NCBI GenBank assembly: GCA_913043225.1
Contig: CAJWLU010000032.1
Coordinates: 1-31,235 of the forward strand
Origin: an uncultured Acidobacteriota bacterium
Lineage (GTDB): Bacteria; Acidobacteriota; Vicinamibacteria; Vicinamibacterales; UBA8438
Direction of reading: 5' to 3'
Length of the DNA: 31,235 nucleotides
Position numbers and translations under genes: made by a program. Under the pieces are notes generated by a model. The model was not told the origin of the DNA. It saw only the letters and a program-made list of their open reading frames with translations, and made no database searches. Shown here one piece after another: positions 27,018 to 31,235 of the stretch. Position 1 is the first letter of the stretch. Every line of letters starts with the position of its first letter.

Positions 27018-28655
27018 CTATCGTGAGCCCCCGCGCACCGGTAACCGCACGAGCCGGTCGAAACCATCACCTGTGGTCTCACCGTCAATCTGCGCCAGCA
27101 GATCCCCCCCCCCTGGCTCTGCCTCGTCCTCGTCGGCAGCGCCGGCGTTGAGCGGCGCATAGGTGCTGTTCACCCGAGCCATTACCCGATCCACCGAGGT
27201 ATCGAGGCGGTCGATGAACGGCTTGGGATACAGACCGATCCAGACGGCGAGAATCAGCAGCGGCGTAAAGGTCGCGAACTCGCGTAGGCTGAGGTCGGCG
27301 AGTCCCTCGTTCTTAGGGTTGTTAACCGTGCCGAACATGGTGCGCTGATACAGCCACAGCATGTAGGCGGCACCCAGCACGATTCCGGTAGCAGCGAAGG
27401 CGGCCCAGACCTTGTTGACCACGAAGATGCCCTGCAGGATCAGGATCTCACCGATGAACCCGTTCAGCGTCGGGAGGCCGATCGACGACATGGTCATCAC
27501 GAGAAACACGGCTGCATAAGCCGGCATTATCTTCGAGAGCCCACCGTACTCGGAGATCTCACGGGTGTGCCGCCGCTCGTAGACGACACCCACCAAGAGG
27601 AAGAGCCCGCCGGTGGAGATACCGTGGTTGATCTGCTGGACGATGCTCCCGGTGATGCCGACCGGCGTGAGCGCGAACATGCCGAGCATGACCATGCCCA
27701 TATGGCTGACTGACGAATAAGCGACCAACCGCTTCCAGTCGCGCTGCGCCATCGCCACCAGCGCCCCGTAGATGATCCCGATGATCGACAACCACACCAC
27801 CCAGGGCACGAAGGCCTGGGTCGCCTCGGGCAGGATCGGCAACGAGAAACGGATGAAGCCGTAGGTCCCCATCTTCAGGAGCACGGCAGCCAGGATGACC
27901 GACCCTGCGGTCGGGGCGTCGGTGTGCGCGTCTGGCAGCCAGGTGTGGAACGGGAACATCGGCACCTTGACCGCAAAGCCGAGGAAAAATGCTAAGAAAA
28001 CCCACCACTGGAGGTCGAACGGCATGTTCAACTCGTGGAACCGGGTGATATCGAACGTGTAAACCCCGGTGACCTCGTGGTGGTAGAAATAGACCGCGAG
28101 GATGCCGAGCAGCATGATGACGCTGCCCACAAGCGTGAACAGAAAGAACTTGATAGCCGAGTAGAGCCGGTTGGTGCTTCCCCAGATACCGATGAGGAAG
28201 TACATCGGCACCAGCATGACCTCCCAAAACACGAAGAACAGCAGGAAGTCGAGAGAAACGAACGCGCCGATCATGCCAGTCTGGAGCAGCAGCAGGAAAA
28301 TGTAGTACTCCTTGACCCGCTCGGTGATAGCCGTCCAGGACGACAGGATGGCGATCGACCCCATCAAGGTCGCCAGTAGGATCAGCAGCGCACTGAACCC
28401 GTCGACGCCGATGAAGTACTCCGCGCCGATCGACGGGATCCAGGACAACCGCTCGACAAACTGCCAATCGCTGGTCGACTGGTCCAGCCAGAACCAGAGC
28501 GGCAACGACACCAGAAAGCCAAGCACGGCGAACCCGTTCGCGATCCACCGGATGGTGTTCTCGCTGTGCTTGCTCACGAACAGCAGCAGCACAGCACCCA
28601 CCAGCGGCGTGAACATGATCAGCGACAACAACGGAAACTCTGCGGTATTGCTCAT
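27018..28655 (-). CDS. nuoM: NADH-quinone oxidoreductase subunit M
   Basis: GVDG, FWEVML.PMY, KVPMFPFHTWLPDAH, LLKMGTYG, AYSSVSHMG, GLP.LNGFIGE; acidic C-terminal tail. Confidence 0.96.
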   Translation of the reverse strand: MSNTAEFPLLSLIMFTPLVGAVLLLFVSKHSENTIRWIANGFAVLGFLVSLPLWFWLDQSTSDWQFVERLSWIPSIGAEYFIGVDGFSALLILLATLMGSIAILSSWTAITERVKEYYIFLLLLQTGMIGAFVSLDFLLFFVFWEVMLVPMYFLIGIWGSTNRLYSAIKFFLFTLVGSVIMLLGILAVYFYHHEVTGVYTFDITRFHELNMPFDLQWWVFLAFFLGFAVKVPMFPFHTWLPDAHTDAPTAGSVILAAVLLKMGTYGFIRFSLPILPEATQAFVPWVVWLSIIGIIYGALVAMAQRDWKRLVAYSSVSHMGMVMLGMFALTPVGITGSIVQQINHGISTGGLFLLVGVVYERRHTREISEYGGLSKIMPAYAAVFLVMTMSSIGLPTLNGFIGEILILQGIFVVNKVWAAFAATGIVLGAAYMLWLYQRTMFGTVNNPKNEGLADLSLREFATFTPLLILAVWIGLYPKPFIDRLDTSVDRVMARVNSTYAPLNAGAADEDEAEPGGGDLLAQIDGETTGDGFDRLVRLPVRGGSR

Positions 28656-28679
28656 GAGGCTTCTGACTCTTGTCTTCGG

Positions 28680-30791
28680 TTACCCGACATACCGCGCGAC
28701 AACATACACGGTCACGAATACGAACACTCCGAACAGGGTCGCAACAGCATAGTTCTGAATCAATCCGGTCTGACCGCGGCGGAACACATAGCTACCCTCG
28801 GCGAAGATCCATCCAACCAGGTTGACGAGTCCGTCGACGATGTACTTGTCAAGGACGTGCGACACCCAAGCCGCGGCCCTGGTCAGCCAGCCAGCACCGT
28901 TAACGGCGCCGTCGACCACACCCTTGTCGAACGTCCACAGCCCACGTCCGCTGGCCATGGTGCCTTTCACCGCCGTCGCGTCGTAGAGTTCGTCGACGTA
29001 GTACTTGTTGGTGAGCACCCGGTGCGCACCCGCCCAATTCGTCTTCCACTGCGCCGCCCGCTCCGGCCGACGCACGTAGTTGACATACGCCAGTCCGATC
29101 CCGCACGCCGCCACGAGCACCGAGAAGGCCATCAACGCCCACTCGACGGCGTGAGAGAGATGGAGCCCGGCATGCTCATCGCCATGCCCGGCCAACCCGG
29201 CGGTGAAGCTCGGCTCGAGGAAATGGTGGATCGCATTCCCCACGCCGATGAAGTCCCCAATCGCCGCCGGAATGCCGACGAAACCGGCTACGATCGCGCC
29301 CACCGCCAGTACCCACAAGGGTGTCGTCATCAATCGGGGCGACTCGTGCGGGCCATGCCAGGCGTGGCCATGGTTGTCGTCATGTCCGTGGTCACCGTGG
29401 CTGTCGTCGGCCTTCTCCCACGAGGGACCCCGATACTCGCCGAAGAACGTCATAAAGATCAGCCGGAACATGTAGAACGCGGTCATGCCCGCGGTGATCA
29501 CGGCCAATCCCCAGAGCACCTTGTTCTCCTGGAAGGTGTAAGCAAGGATCTCGTCCTTGCTAAAGAAGCCTGAGAACGGCGGTATCCCGGCGATGGCAAT
29601 CGAGCCGACAAACATCGTGATGAACGTCACCGGCATGTAGCGGCGCATGTTGCCCATCTTCTGCATGTCCTGCTCGTCATTCATCGCGTGGATGACTGAG
29701 CCGCTCCCTAGGAAGAGCAGCGCCTTGAAGAAGGCGTGCGTCATCAGGTGGAACGCGGCGGCGGAGAACGCGCCGACCCCGGTGGCCAGAAACATGTAGC
29801 CAAGCTGCGAGACGGTCGAGTAGGCCAGCACCTTCTTGATATCGGTCTGGACCAGGCCGATGGTCGCGGCAACCAATGCGGTCACCGCCCCGACCACGGC
29901 CACGATGAACATGACATTCGGCGCATGCTCGAACAGGACGGCGTTGCGGGCCACCATGTAGACACCGGCGGTGACCATGGTGGCAGCATGAATGAGCGCC
30001 GACACCGGGGTCGGGCCCTCCATCGCATCAGGGAGCCAGACGTAGAGCGGAATCTGCGCGCTCTTGCCGGTCGCACCGACGAAGAGCAGCAGACAGATGA
30101 GCGAGATGACCCCGAAACCGCCCGCTTCGACCGGCATGTGCGCAGCCGCCTCGGCCACCTCGCGGAAGTCGAGGGTGCCGAAGGTGAAGAACACCAGAAA
30201 CACGCCCAGCACGAAGCCGAAGTCGCCGATCCGGTTGACGATGAACGCTTTCTTCCCAGCGTCGGCCGCGCTCTTCTTGTGGTACCAAAACCCGATCAGC
30301 AGATAGGAACACAGCCCCACCCCTTCCCAGCCAACGAACATAACCAGGAAACTGCTGCCCAGCACAAGCATCAGCATGAAGAAGCAGAACAGATTCAGGT
30401 AGGTAAAGAACCGGACATAGCCACCGCGCGGCTCGTGGTCCATGTAGGACGACGAGTAGAGGTGGATCAGGAACCCGATGCCGGTGACGATGAGGATCAT
30501 CATCCCAGACAGCGGATCGAGCCGGAACGCCCAGGGGACCTCGAACTGTCCCACCCCGGAGACGGTCTCGAGCGGAATCGGCGGAATCCAGTTCGCGATG
30601 GTGACGATATGCTCGCGGTGCTCGGCACCGAGCAACTGCGCAAACGCGAAGAGCGACAGCAACAGAGAGCCGCCCATGGCCGCGCAGGCGATACCGGCGG
30701 CCACCGGCTTGCTGAAATACCGGATACCCAGCAGGCCGTTGACAGCCGCGCCGAGGCCGGGGAGCAGAGGAATGAGCCAGATCAGATCCAT
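28680..30791 (-). CDS. nuoL: NADH-quinone oxidoreductase subunit L (extended lateral helix)
   Basis: GWEGVGLCSYLLIGFW, NRIGD, GKSAQ.PL..WLPDAMEGPTPVSALIHAATMV, HAFFKALLFL, QTG..QNY. Confidence 0.97.
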   Translation of the reverse strand: MDLIWLIPLLPGLGAAVNGLLGIRYFSKPVAAGIACAAMGGSLLLSLFAFAQLLGAEHREHIVTIANWIPPIPLETVSGVGQFEVPWAFRLDPLSGMMILIVTGIGFLIHLYSSSYMDHEPRGGYVRFFTYLNLFCFFMLMLVLGSSFLVMFVGWEGVGLCSYLLIGFWYHKKSAADAGKKAFIVNRIGDFGFVLGVFLVFFTFGTLDFREVAEAAAHMPVEAGGFGVISLICLLLFVGATGKSAQIPLYVWLPDAMEGPTPVSALIHAATMVTAGVYMVARNAVLFEHAPNVMFIVAVVGAVTALVAATIGLVQTDIKKVLAYSTVSQLGYMFLATGVGAFSAAAFHLMTHAFFKALLFLGSGSVIHAMNDEQDMQKMGNMRRYMPVTFITMFVGSIAIAGIPPFSGFFSKDEILAYTFQENKVLWGLAVITAGMTAFYMFRLIFMTFFGEYRGPSWEKADDSHGDHGHDDNHGHAWHGPHESPRLMTTPLWVLAVGAIVAGFVGIPAAIGDFIGVGNAIHHFLEPSFTAGLAGHGDEHAGLHLSHAVEWALMAFSVLVAACGIGLAYVNYVRRPERAAQWKTNWAGAHRVLTNKYYVDELYDATAVKGTMASGRGLWTFDKGVVDGAVNGAGWLTRAAAWVSHVLDKYIVDGLVNLVGWIFAEGSYVFRRGQTGLIQNYAVATLFGVFVFVTVYVVARYVG

Positions 30792-30798
30792 CGTTTGG

Positions 30799-31107
30799 CT
30801 ACCAGCGCATCACGTTCATCTCGTCGATGTTCACCGTCTCTTTGTTACGGTAGAACGCGAGCAAAATCCCCAGGCCTACCGCGGCTTCCGCCGCGGCCAC
30901 CGCAATGACGAACACCACGAACACCTGCCCGATGAGATTCTGCAGCTGCTGGGCATAAGCGACAAGGTTGATGTTGACGGCGTTGAGCATCAGCTCGATC
31001 GCCATGAACACGATGATGATGTTGCGACGCACGAGCACGCCGATCACGCCGATACTGAACAGCGCGGCCGACAGGATCGTGTAATGCGCCGGTGTAATCT
31101 CCAGCAT
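30799..31107 (-). CDS. nuoK: NADH-quinone oxidoreductase subunit K
   Basis: RRN, IELMLNAVN, GQVF, VAAAEAAVGL. Confidence 0.96.
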   Translation of the reverse strand: MLEITPAHYTILSAALFSIGVIGVLVRRNIIIVFMAIELMLNAVNINLVAYAQQLQNLIGQVFVVFVIAVAAAEAAVGLGILLAFYRNKETVNIDEMNVMRW

Positions 31108-31235
31108 TACAGTTCTCGTCTCGCCAGGATGATGGCACCCACCATGGCCACCAGCAGCAGCACGGACGCCACTTCGAACGGAATCAGATAATCGGTATAG
31201 AGCAGCCAGCCGAGCTGCTCGACGTTGCCCTGCAC
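31107..31235 (-). CDS. nuoJ: NADH-quinone oxidoreductase subunit J (C-terminal part only)
   Basis: Hand translation [45 protein letters not shown] overlaps the nuoK ATG. Confidence 0.92.
   Translation of the reverse strand: MQGNVEQLGWLLYTDYLIPFEVASVLLLVAMVGAIILARREL

Noticed and set aside
29340..29420. His-rich loop in NuoL (and His-rich AtpB N-terminus)
   Set aside because: Common variable features of these families.
1..31235. CRISPR arrays, tRNA/rRNA, transposases, prophage or defence genes
   Set aside because: No repeat-spacer periodicity or diagnostic motifs seen; almost all sequence is accounted for by the listed genes.

Overview
GC-rich bacterial chromosomal window; protein style and gene order tentatively suggest Acidobacteriota (Vicinamibacterales-like). 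Left third (minus strand): the dcw cluster mraZ-rsmH-ftsL-ftsI-murE-murF-mraY-murD-ftsW-murG (murG runs off the left edge), with a near-consensus sigma70 promoter, phased MraZ boxes and a highly structured ~200 bp murD-ftsW spacer. Middle: divergent ychF, a sugar-nucleotide epimerase/dehydratase, a frameshifted secreted protein, a decayed ECF sigma factor coupled to an intact zinc anti-sigma/O6-methylguanine methyltransferase fusion, murJ, a rhomboid protease, a cupin, a fused 2-oxoacid dehydrogenase E1, a secreted propeller-like protein and a PhzF remnant. Right: an Fo-only ATP synthase cluster (atpZ-atpI-atpB-atpE-atpF) with an atypical c subunit, converging on nuoJ(partial)-K-L-M-N. Best leads: (1) the ECF sigma / anti-sigma-Ogt module, a possible Ada-independent alkylation sensor; (2) a 26-residue duplication in the NuoL lateral helix, typical of '2M' complex I, although only one nuoM is visible; (3) the c subunit with a second carboxylate; (4) the structured murD-ftsW element. 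No CRISPR array, tRNA, rRNA or transposase was recognised.
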